Program-made: the position numbers and the translations under genes
Part shown: in pieces, positions 51,540-62,539 of the stretch
How the letters are laid out: every line of letters begins with the position of its first letter
Position numbering within the stretch: the first letter of the stretch is position 1
Notes under the pieces: generated by a model
Told to the model about the DNA's origin: nothing
Seen by the model: only the letters and a program-made list of their open reading frames with translations
Databases searched by the model: none
Assembly: GCF_036365525.1 (NCBI RefSeq)
Contig: NC_090404.1
Span: 4,464,001 to 4,528,000 of the forward strand
Source: Heterodontus francisci
Lineage: Eukaryota
DNA length: 64,000 bases
Direction: 5' to 3'

Positions 51540-52013
51540 ATTAAACTCTGCCTGACACCACTTATTGTCCTGATCACAGGTCGGTACCATTATAAACTCC
51601 CTGCAACATTCGCCAATCATCATTAAATTTCCCATCTCCAGCTGCGGGTCACTTTCACTTTATTATACTTCATCTAACATGCTGTGTGTCCGCTGTTTAT
51701 TTTCAGAGATGGGTAACAGAGACTCAGGGCTCCAGTAAGAACAAGGAGTTGGATCAGTAAATTTAGCAATAATCTATAGTTGTTCTGCATGGTTTCACTT
51801 GCCAGCTGTAACCTGTTCTGGTATCACCAGTATCCACACCGAGCTCCTTAGTATCTGTTCAGAACCGAAAGTCACGGAAATAAGGAAACGGCTCCCGGTT
51901 TTGAACACTTCAGCGGTAATCTCAACCGGATGCAAGGCACTTTTCTCCTGCCTATGAAAGGCTTGAGGATCACAGACAACGACTATTATTACTGCACCAT
52001 AAGACCCACAGTG
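51540..52013 (+). pseudogene. TCR alpha/delta-type V pseudogene B (leader 51540-51579, V exon 51707-52006)
   Basis: Leader (ATT)KLCLTPLIVLIT-G|GT, acceptor tttcAG. NLFWYHQYPHRAP*YLFR...PGFEHFSGNL...GLRITDNDYYYCTIRP then CACAGTG (52007-52013). Stops at 51736 and 51849, one frameshift, no good nonamer. Confidence 0.85.
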
Positions 52014-52890
52014 AATAAGATTCCTCGAGCAGAACACAGGTCGGCATTAAGGGTGGGCGCCAAGTAAATACAAGGGATTGAATCCCAGAGAGTTTGCACA
52101 GAAAATGAAGGGAATATGCACTTTTTCCGAGCTGTTTTCTCAGTCAGTGCTCTCACCGTTGTGAAATGTAACATTTTTGTAGAATTTGTATCGAGGCTCA
52201 AATTCAGATATTCCCAGCTACCTGTGAACAATGACTTGCAGATCTCTGGGATGAATAACAGGATCGATCTGTCCAAGTAACATATCCGTCAGGCCACATC
52301 TTGCAAAGTTTCTGGAATTGCATTGGTAACAAAAGCGGCTGAATGAAATCATCACTTTACAGGTACAAGTTGAACATAAGTGATACCGCACAACGATTTG
52401 AAGAGGAGTGGCTACTTATAATGTCCCTGATAGCCTTAGGACTGTAGCAATGATGTTCATGGTCGGGAGGGTATTCATTCATACCAGGGCTTGAGAGCAA
52501 ATCGAATTATTTCACCTTAATTAGAGAGACATCTATTTCTCATATAACATAAAGATATCCAGTTAGACAACAATGGAGACAATGTGAGAAAGAAGCAGAA
52601 AGACTGCCAACGAGATAAACAACAAGTGACTGAGACAGGGAGAAAGACGCACAAACGTATTCAGGGAAGAAAGTATTGGTGAGACAAAGCAGTAATTAGT
52701 CCTCAACGAACCTGATTGGTTCACAGCTGACATAATATCTGAGCCACCAGCCAACGTAACCCAGAGAAACACCCGTCCGTTTTCCAATAAGTGAATTCTG
52801 CCTCGATCAAAGGTCATTCTTCAATATCGGATTAGAAAATTAACAATTAAAGCATTCTGCTATTTTCAGTCGAACGCTAAACCAGACAGC

Positions 52891-53356
52891 ATGTGCTTCC
52901 TATGTTTCTTACTGATGATACTGGTCTTGTTGTCCGGGAACCTATGTTTAAATGATCAGTGTATCCTCCATTGGTTATATTCAGTCTTTTGATTTTGACT
53001 TCTGTGTATTGTTACAGGAATGAGTGGTGATGATTCAGTGTCCCTGGACCCACTTGAATTAACGGTTCAGGAAAGACGGGCGGTAATTCTGAACTTTAGT
53101 TACACGACAGCATAGCCTGACTTAAATCTCTTCTGGTACATCCAGTATCTGAGCGAAGCTCCGTGATTTTACTGAGAACATGCGGCATGGTACAGGGGGA
53201 TAAATCTCCAGATTTTCCAGATTATGGTGAATTGGACAAAGACAAGAAAACGGTTCCTTCAAAAGTCGCCGGGGCTCTTGTCTCTGACTCTGCGGTGCGT
53301 TACTGTGTCCTCCGCCCCACACTGTCAGAGGAGCGCAGTCAGTCAGTACAAACATG
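52891..53356 (+). pseudogene. TCR alpha/delta V pseudogene C (leader 52891-52936, V exon 53018-53317, 23-RSS)
   Basis: Leader MCFLCFLLMILVLLS with donor mutated to GG. DDSVS...ILNFSYTTA*PDLNLFWYIQYLSEAP/frameshift/...ELDKDKKTVPSK...SDSAVRYCVLRP, then CACACTG-23-ACAAACATG. Confidence 0.9.
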
Positions 53357-54945
53357 GCAAAGGACTCTCACCTCCTCTCACTGAATCTGGATTGTTATCT
53401 GATAATGGAACACAAACCAAACTACGGAGATAATCACATGGGTCAATTTATAGATGGGTAGTTCATTAAACAGTTAGAAAGATAAATAGACAGTCTCCCC
53501 GCCTTCACTTTCTCCTTCAATGATCACTTCCTCCTTTGTTTGAAAGTATCCAGCTGCTGCAGACAAGCGCCTGTGAATTCCGGCTGTGGAGTCTGTGAGT
53601 ATAAAGCTCAGTGTGTTTCACAGCTCAGTAACGGGTTGGTTCTTGTTCGTTTGGGAGCTGAATGACGAGATAGTTGGACATTAGCACTTCAGTCATCACA
53701 CCGATTGCCCGACTGCAATATAACCAAGAGGTGGATCGGATCAGGAAGAATATAAAACAGTTAACTCTGGATATAACTTTAAATTAAACTGTGGAATTAT
53801 GGCTTAGGGACACGGGTTCAAACTATGAAAGGTCATTTCAGGACCGGTATCAGGAAATTCTTCAGCAATCAGTGCGTGGAATCAGGTTCCAGATGCAACA
53901 GAAGAGGGTCAAACCTGGGAATAATTTCATAAATGATGGATATTCCAAAGGCGAAGGTTGGAGCGGGATGGGGTTGGAGGCATGTTGGTGTTAAACAGTC
54001 TATCCTAAGAGTGGCAGAATTCCAACTCCCGCCCTGCATGATCCTGTGATCTTGTAATCAATCGCATGAGTCGGCAATTTGTTTTGGACATGGAGTCGCT
54101 TGTAGTCACCAGCAGAGGGCACTAAATGTCTTCACCGGGTTGGTGTCAATGTGGAAGCGACTGCAGCTTCAGTATTGAGTAACTTTACTAAAGAAGCGGA
54201 TTGAAGAAAAGTTTCGGTAACAGAACCATTCATTTCAAATGGAAGTTGTTTTTATCGATGTCGTGATGAAGGAATAAAATATTATTACTAATGGCGATAT
54301 TCTGCATTTTTTAAGAAGCCAATCACCACAGAATCACTAAGTCCATTTGTTGCGACACTCCGCCACTCTCCTCAAAGCTGTCAATTATTCCCTATTGCAT
54401 TCAAGTAAAAGGCGCTGGCTGTCTCGTTTATCTGCAGAACAATTGCAAACTTGTTATGCTGGCTGTGGGAAATTCTAATGAGCAGTGCACAGCTCTTCTC
54501 GTGGAATTCAATGGCACAGATGCCAGGCCAACATGAATTATTTTCCTCATGCACCAGCCTCACAGACTGGCTCTGTTAAAGGGCCAACATTGAGTTTTAA
54601 CCCCGTCCAGTTCCCTGTTGTGAGTGCAATTTCATTGGACTCCCTGTTCACTTCTCTGATGTCATCAATTCTGGATGAAAGGACCGAAGAGCTGATTGGA
54701 TGAATTGCAATACTAATGCGCTGAGTGCTGATTGGATGAACTGGAGAATAAAGGATTTGTGATCTGATTGGACGAATTAAACAACAAAGGACCCGTGAGT
54801 TGACTGGATGTCACCTGCTGTCCAGGCCCGCAATGGACCTATTGGGAGAAAGGCTGGATATGGAACAGCATCTTCTAAAGGCCTGACGAAAACAATTCCA
54901 GCTTCAATCAGTTCAGTTCATATCAGCCCACAACTGTCTGAAAAC

Positions 54946-55798
54946 ATCTTGGATGTTACTTTATATTTATTCCTCACAGCTGCAGCTCTCTTAACTGGTA
55001 AGTTCACAATTTACACAAGGCCGTCTTTCACATCTTGATCATATAGTTCATCGGTCTGTTCCCTGAAGACAAGGGTAACAATCGATTGATCAGAAGTGAA
55101 CAAAGCAATCCGGATCTACCTTGAGTCTGAACACTGTTTGAGCAAACTCGACAAGCTCCCCCAATAAGAGAAATTTGAAGGGTTGAGCTGAGATTACAGG
55201 GGAATGGCTGACAGACATGTTCCTCCCCACCAGGGCTAATGACAGACACCGATAGACACACGAGTATTACACCCACAGGTCGTTTGTCGGCTTCCCTTTA
55301 CAGTCGATCCCAGCACCTTCCTGTTGCAGCTTCTGAACTGTGGAAAGTGTATTTGTGTTTACCTGTCCTGATTTCTCAGTTAAGTATTGGGGCTAACGGG
55401 CTGATTCTGGGAGATAGACGTTGGTTAATTTAATATTGCTCTGTTCTTGCAGGACATTGTCGAGGAGAGTCCGTTTCACAGTAACCAGCTGTAATCATAG
55501 TAAGTGAAGGAGACGATGTTCGGTTGCACTGTGATTATACAGCTACAAGCAGCAGCAATCCTTACCTATTCTGGTACCGTCAGTATGCCAGTGGATACAT
55601 GTAATATCTGCTGCAAAGAAACAAAAACAGTGAGGACCGAGAAAGATTTCCAGAGGACCGTTTTTCAGCGGAGCTCGATGATTCGATCCGAACCGTCCCG
55701 CTGAAAGAATCTAAAACAGAACTGACAGACTCTGCGGTGGACTACTGCGCACTGAGACCCACAGAGACACAGAGCTGGGCTGATCCTGTACAAAAACT
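54946..55798 (+). pseudogene. TCR alpha/delta V pseudogene D (leader 54946-54997, V exon 55453-55759, 23-RSS)
   Basis: Leader (ATC)LDVTLYLFLTAAALLT-G|GTAAGT. CRGESVSQ*PAVIIVSEGDDVRLHCDYTATSSSNPYLFWYRQY...RFSAELDDSIRTVPLK...TDSAVDYCALRP with two TAA (55482, 55602) and no frameshift. CACAGAG-23-ACAAAAACT. Confidence 0.93.
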
Positions 55799-56089
55799 AT
55801 CAGAGAGTCGCTCAACATAACAGCAAGTTAGGGAAACATTGTGATTGGAGGCGAGTGTCTGCATTAGTGATAAGAACTTGTACTGTTAATGTTAATATAC
55901 AGTTATCCTTATTCCTGCAATGTTTCACTTTTCAAATAATGATCTAATTTCCTTTTAAAAGTAACGATTGAATCTACCTGGACCAACATTTTCAGACAGT
56001 GTATTATGGAGCATAACATCTCGCTGAATAAAGGCAAAATTCTCTTCCTTTTTCCTCTGTTTCTTTTTGCAAGTATCTATGTGTTTTTG

Positions 56090-59000
56090 TAGATCGGCAA
56101 CACCGGACAGCCCGCTTCTACCTCCTTCCGAAAATTCACAAACAAGACTGTCCTGGCAGACCCATCGTTTCAGCCTCTTCCTGCCCCACTGAACTTATTT
56201 CTTTCTATCTTGACTCTATCTTTTCTCAACTGGTCCAGTCTCTTCCCACCTGCATCCGTGACTCTTCTGAAGCCCTACATCGTTTATGGCAATTTCCAGT
56301 TCCCTGGCCCAAACCGCCTCCTCTTCACGATGGACGTCCAATGTTTCTACACCTCCATCCCCCACCAGGAAGGTCTGAGGGCTCACCCCTTCTTCCTTGA
56401 ACAGAGGTCTTCGTTATGCCTGCCTTTTTGTGGGATATGTCGAACATTCCTTGTTCCAGTCCAACTAAGGCCCCCTGACCCAACTCGTTTTCTGGTATAT
56501 TGATGATTGTATCGCTGCCGTTTCCTGCACCCGCCCCCAACTGGAAATCTTTATCAACTTTGCTTCTAATTTCCATCCTTCTCTCTCCTTTCAATGGTCC
56601 ATCTCCGACACATCCCTTCCCTTCCTTGACGTCATTGTCTCCATCTCTCGGGATAGGCTGTCTAATATAAGCCCACAGACTCCCATAACTACCTCGACCA
56701 CACTTCTTCACACCCTACCTCCTGTAAGGACTTTATTCCATTATCCCAGTTTCTCGGTCTCCAGCGCATCAGTTCTGATGATGCAACCTTCGGCAACAGC
56801 GCTTCTGACCCGCGACAGGGTTCCCCTTGTCCTCACTTTCCACCTCACCAGCCTCCATATCCAAAGGATCATCCTCCACCATTTCTGCCACGTCCAGCGT
56901 GATGCCAATACCAAACGCAGCTTCCCCTCCCCTCCCATGTCAGCATTCCGAAGGGATCATTCCCTCCGCGACACCGTAGTCCACTCCTCCATTACCCCCA
57001 AAGGCCGTCCCCTTCCTATGGCTCCTTCCCATGCAATCACTGGAGGTGGAATACCTGCCCCTTTACCTCCTCTCTCCTCACTATCCAAGGCCCGAAACAC
57101 TCCGTTCAGGAGAAGCAGCGATTTACTTGTACTTCCTACAATGCAGTATACTGTATTCGCTGCTCGCAATGCAGTCACCTCTGCACTAGGGAGACCAAAG
57201 GCAGATTGGGTGACCGCTTTCGGGAACACCTCTGCTCAGTCTAAAAACATGCCCCGAGCTTCTTGTCGCTTGTCATTTCATTACCCGCACCCGCTCCCAC
57301 CCATACAAAGTCCCGCCCCCTCTCTTGCCGAATTCTCTGTCCTGGACTTGCAGCAGTGTTACGTGTGCTGTGGATAGAGTGGAACCAGTGGATGGAGCTT
57401 ACTTAGGTTTCCAGAAGGCATTTGATAAGGTGCCACATCAAAGGTTATTGCAGAAAATAAAAGCTCATGGTGTCGGGGGTAACATATTGACATGGACAGA
57501 AGATTGGTTAGCTAACAGCAACAGAGAGTATGCATAAATAGGTCAGTTTCTGAATGGCAAGATGTAACGAGTGGTGTGTCACAGGGATCTGTGCTGGGGC
57601 CTCAACTTTTTACAATTTATATAAATGACTTAGTTGAAGGGACCGAAGGTGTGGTTGATAAACTTGCTGATGACACAAAAATGGCTGGAAAGTAACTTGC
57701 GAAGAGGACATAAGAAGGCTACAAAGGGATGAAGATAGGTTAAGTGAGTGGGCAAAGATCTGGAAAAGTGAGTATAATGTGGGAAAGTGTGAGATTGTCC
57801 TCTTTGTCAGGAAGAATAAAAAAGAAGCAGGTTATCTAAATGGTGAGAGATTTCCGAGCTGTGAGATGCAGAGGGATCTGGGTGCCCCAGTGCATGAATC
57901 GCAAAAGGTTAGTATGCACATACAGCACATAATTAGGAAAGCTAATAGAATGTTATCATTTAATTGAATACAAAAGTAAGCAGGTTATGCTTCAGCTATA
58001 AAGGACGTTGGCGTGACCACATCTGGATTACTGTGGACAGTACTGGTTCCTCATTTAAGGAAGGATGTAAATACGTTGGAGGCAGTATAGAGATGGTTTC
58101 CGAGACAAATACCTGGAATGGATGGGCTTTTTTACCAGGAAATTGATATTCAGAGAGATTTAGGTGTTCAGGTCTATTGTCACCCTGAAGGTGGCAACGC
58201 AGGTCAATAGAGTGGTCAAGAAGGCATACGGCATGCTTTCCTTCATCGGACGGGGTATTGAGTACAAGAGTTGGCAGGTCATGTTACAGTTGTATAAGAC
58301 TTTGGTTCAGCCACATTTGGAATACTGCGTGCAGTTCTGGTGGCCACATTACCAAAAGGATGTAGATGCTTTGGAGAGGGTGCAGAGGAGGTTCACCAGG
58401 ATGTTGCCTGGTATGGAGGGCGCTAGCTGTGAAGAGAGGTTGAGTAGATTGGGATTATTTTCATTAGAAAGACGGAGGTTGAGGGGGGACCTGTTTGAGG
58501 TGTACAAAATCATGAGAGGTATAGACAGGGTGGATAGCAAGAAGCTTTTTCCCAGAGTGGGGGATTCAATTACTAGGGGTCGCGAGTTCAAAGTGAGAGG
58601 GGAAAAGTTTAGGGGGGATATGCGTGGAAAGTTTTTTACGCAGAGGGTGGTGGGTGCCTGGAACGTGTTGCCAGCGGAGGTGGTAGACACGGGCACAATA
58701 GCATATTTTAAGATGTATCTAGACAGATACATGAATGGGCAGGAAGCAAAGAGATACAGACCCTTAGAAAATAGGCGACATGTTTCGATAGAGGATCTGG
58801 ATCGGCGCAGGCTTGGAGGGCCGAGGGGCCTGTTCCCATGCTGTAATTTTCTTTGTTCTTTGTTCGTTGAAAGATAGGATAAGGTCGGCTTGCATCCGCT
58901 GGAATTTAGAGGAGTAAGAGGCGACTTGATTAAAACATATAATATCTTGAGGGGGCTTGACAGGGTGGATGTGGAAAGGATGCTTCCCCTTGTGGGAGAA

Positions 59001-59530
59001 TCTCGAACTGTCACTGTTTAAAATTAAGGTGTCGCCCATTTAAGACCGAGATGAGGAGAATTTTTTTCTCTCAGAGGGTCGGCAGTCTTTGGATTCCTCT
59101 TCCTCAAAAGGCAGTGGAAGCAGAGTCTTTGAATATTATTAAGGCAGAGTTAGATATTTTATTTATTTTCATCATTCGTTTTTTAACCATGTGTCTGCCC
59201 ACTTTTTGTTCGTGTTTGTGCTTTTGGCTTGGGCTGTTCATTATTCTGTCATTTAACATCCTCTCTGCACTAATGTTTCGTCCTTCACCACACGATTGGC
59301 ACTCTCTTTGCCTTTGCCTTTGCCCCATGACCTCCTTGTCTGTTAATCGCTGACCATCTGTCCTATCAACACTTTCCCTTTTGTTCCCTTTACCCCCAAC
59401 CCCGCTTTATTTGTATCTAAGCTATTACATTTCTAAACTTTGCCAATTCTGATGAATTGTCAGTGACATGAAACGTTAACTTTGCTTCTCTCTCCACAGA
59501 AGCTGAGTGTTTCCATCACGTTTTATTTTT
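56090..59530 (+). mobile_element. Penelope-like element (RT and GIY-YIG 56090-57360; terminal repeat 59160-59530) split by nested CR1 insertions (57365-59155, containing the young copy 58140-58866)
   Basis: RFYLLPKIHKQDCPGRPIVS, FTMDVQ..YTSIPH, YIDD and VYCIRCS motifs; CR1 RT motifs in the middle. Confidence 0.87.
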
Positions 59531-59720
59531 ATTAATGTTTTTGTGTCCAGCTCTTACTGACCCTCCCTCACACGGGCAACAGTTTCTCGTTATTCACTCT
59601 ATCAAAATCCATTTTTTTTCAAATGTCACTCAGTGATCTTTTATTCTTTAAATTTTATCCTGCTTTTGTTGGGATTTACTATTCAAACATTCTCTAAATG
59701 TTTCTCTCTCTATCCTGCAG

Positions 59721-60059
59721 ACAGCGGCCTTGAAGGCATCACTCATCAACCAAAAGAAGATGTGACAGCTCGGGGAGGAGTGATCTCCACCATGACCAGC
59801 TCTTACACTGAGGTGACGAGAGTTTGCCTGGACTGGTACCGGGATGGTCTCTCCGTGGATCCGGAAAAATTCTCATCCGCTGCACCGACGGGTTCATTGA
59901 CAATTCGTCTTTTGCAACCCGGCGCTTCACCACATCTTTGGTCAAAAAATACACGGCCGTCAGTGAAACAGTTTCACAGGTGACAGCTGCCAGGAAATAC
60001 TTCTGAGTCTTAACACCGCACACAGCCGTGTAGGTTGGGAAAGAGCCTATACATAAACT
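59721..60059 (+). pseudogene. TCR alpha/delta-type V pseudogene E (V exon 59721-60020, 23-RSS; possible leader ~59633-59672)
   Basis: Acceptor cctgcAG. ITHQPKEDVTARGG..STMT(C>S)SYT...LDWYRD/frameshift/...RRFTTSL...KYF*VLTP, with the second Cys changed to TGA at 60004. CACAGCC-23-ACATAAACT. Confidence 0.8.
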
Positions 60060-60844
60060 GAAGATGTTATGACACGAATACTGTGTCAGTGAACTCGCGG
60101 TATCATTGTGTTTCATGGTCGCGACGGAGTGCAATGGTCTAATGGAGAAGCGGAACAATTCTTTCATCCATTTTTCCCTCAGTGCATCGTACACGGACAG
60201 ATTGACAATTTTATCCAACATTGTGCACCCAAAGGATTTTATTTTTGTTGACCACAAATTACAGATATCTCAAAAACACTTGGACTCCCAAATTCCTTCA
60301 TTCATTCACAAGAGTCAGCGTCAGAGACAATGACACCATTTCTGGCACAGAATTCCACATTCATACTTCTTACTTTGTGATAAACTTCCTTTTATTTAAA
60401 AGTCAATCTTCTGCTGTTTGAAAGCTCACACTATTGGCTATCTTTATTGTCGCTGTTTCCACAGGGAAAAGCAGAGCTTCTTCTTTGCTTTGCATTGTTA
60501 CAGTCCATTTTACCAGATTGTGTTGATGAGCGGTCACCTCCTCCTGGGAATGCCCCGCCCATCCACCCCCAACACCTTGGATTCAGTCTACAAACCTCTC
60601 AGTGATTCTCTCCGCTCAACAGGACACCTGTCAGGACCCAGGAAGCTCCCAGCAGAAAGGAGGTTCTGTTTGGAATGACTCCATCAATGACTGGGCAGTG
60701 GAGGGCTGAAGCTCCCACAATTCACAGCAGCTAGCAAACGCCTGGGATGTCGCTGACAGTGACGTTTCAGTCAATGATATTGCATTTGCGAATGTGTGGG
60801 TAGTGAGCCATCTGACATCAGCAAACAAGACCTTCAAGTTTTTG

Positions 60845-61768
60845 AAAGCAAGAAATGCTGGAAATATTCAGTAGGTCTGGCAGCATCTGTGGAGAAGAAG
60901 CAGAGTTGATGTTCACTGGAACGGACAGAGATGTGAGCTTGAGAGCGGGGGGACTGTTGAAATGGCAAGCAACCGGAAGCTCGGGGTCATGCTTTCGGAC
61001 TGGGCGGAGGTGTTCCGCAACGTGGTCACCCAGTTTGCGTTTGGTCTCCCCAGTGTAGAGGAGACCATATTGTGAGCAGCGAATACAGTATACTACAGTG
61101 AAAGAAGTATGAGTAAATCGTTGGTTCACCTGAAATGAGTGTTTGGGGCCTTGGATAGTGAGGAGAGAGGAGGTAAAGGGGCAGGTATTACACCTCCTGC
61201 GATTGCAGGGGAAGGTGCCTTGGGAAAGGGACGAGGTGGAGTGGGTAATGGAGGAGTGGACCAGGGTGTCACGGAGGGAATGATCCCTTCAGAATGCAGA
61301 CATGGGAAGGGAGGGGAAGATGCATTTGGTAGTGGCATCACGCTGAACGTGGCGTAAATGGCGCTGGATGATCCCTTTGAATATGGAGACGGATGGGGTG
61401 GAAAATGAGGACAAGGGGAACCCTGTCGCGGTTCTGAGAGGGGGGAAGGAGTGAGGGTAGAGGTGCAGGAAATGGGCCGGACATGGTTGAGGGTCCTGTC
61501 AACCACAGAAGGGGGAAATTCTTGGTTGAGGAAACGGAGAAGTCATATCAGAAGCGCTGTCATGGAAGGTAGCATCATCACAGCAGATCCATCGGAGACA
61601 GAGAAACTGGGAGAATGGAATGGAGTCCTTACAGGAGGCTGGGTATGATGAAGTGTAGTCAAGGAGCTGCGGGAGTCGGTGGAATTATAATGGATATTAG
61701 CAGACAGCCTATCCCCAAAGATGGAGATGGAGAAGTCGAGGAAGGGAAGGGCAGTGTCGGAGATGGAC
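60845..61768 (-). mobile_element. Penelope-like element 3' fragment
   Basis: VVYCIRCSQYGLLYTGETKRKLGDH GIY-YIG motif; homologous to 56.6-57.3 kb. Confidence 0.87.
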
Positions 61769-61970
61769 GGTTTCCCATGATATTTCCTGAATCTGTAACT
61801 CTGCAATGCAGGAGAATCTCTGACGGAGCAGAAATACAAATCCCACTCCCCCGCCACTGCTGATCCAACCAATGACAAGAATGGACCCGCGGCAGCACTC
61901 CCTCCAATAACACAATCGGGTCAGAGCAAGAGCAGCAAACGGAGGTTATGGGCGAGGATGCCGCAGACTC
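61769..61970 (-). pseudogene. Orphan V promoter/5' UTR/leader start, paralogous to pseudogene A, truncated by Penelope
   Basis: Aligns with 50381-50580 (ctga.tctgtaactctgca...tcagagc.agagca...gggcg.gg.tgccgc). Has ATG where A has ATA. Confidence 0.6.
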
Positions 61971-62539
61971 AAAATTTGAGTGAAGTGTGAGGCGACACTC
62001 TGCTGCACTCGGAACTGATTGAGCGGGAATAGTGTCTGTTGAATCTCCAGAATTCAGTGGCTATTCTCCACCTGCTTACTGTTCAGTTGACTGGGAAATT
62101 TAGAGTGGAAGGAGAATGAAGGTACCAGAATAATAGAATCTGAGAGCACAGAGTGAGGCCATTCGGCCTATACTCCCGATGCCTCTTTGGAAGAGTTCAC
62201 TAATTCATACCTCACCCCCTACATTTTTCACATTGTCCTGTTTTGTTGTGCATTTTCAAGTATCGATAGAATTCCCTTTCGAAAATTACTGTTCAATCTG
62301 CTTCCACCACCCTTTCAAGCAGTACATTCCAAATCTTAACAAATCACCGTGTATTAAATATAACTCAATTTTCCCTGTCATTTTTCAACAACTCTTTTAA
62401 ATTGGAGTCCTTGGGATACACAATTTTATGCCAGTAGAAACAGTTACGTGCAATCTACTCTATACTGATATATGGAGAACAATCCCAGCTTTCTCTCGTC
62501 CCTCTGCATAAAAGTTCATCATTTTACTTATTCTTTAAT

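Noticed and set aside
54310-54570. Minus-strand V-like traces (VHCS...LQLF, LSDSVV)
   Set aside because: No W/YxC, no RSS, many stops; not distinguishable from chance without a profile search.
60660-60840. Remainder of the V whose leader starts at 61.8 kb
   Set aside because: Only a faint NII-D* similarity to V-A; no framework motifs or RSS.
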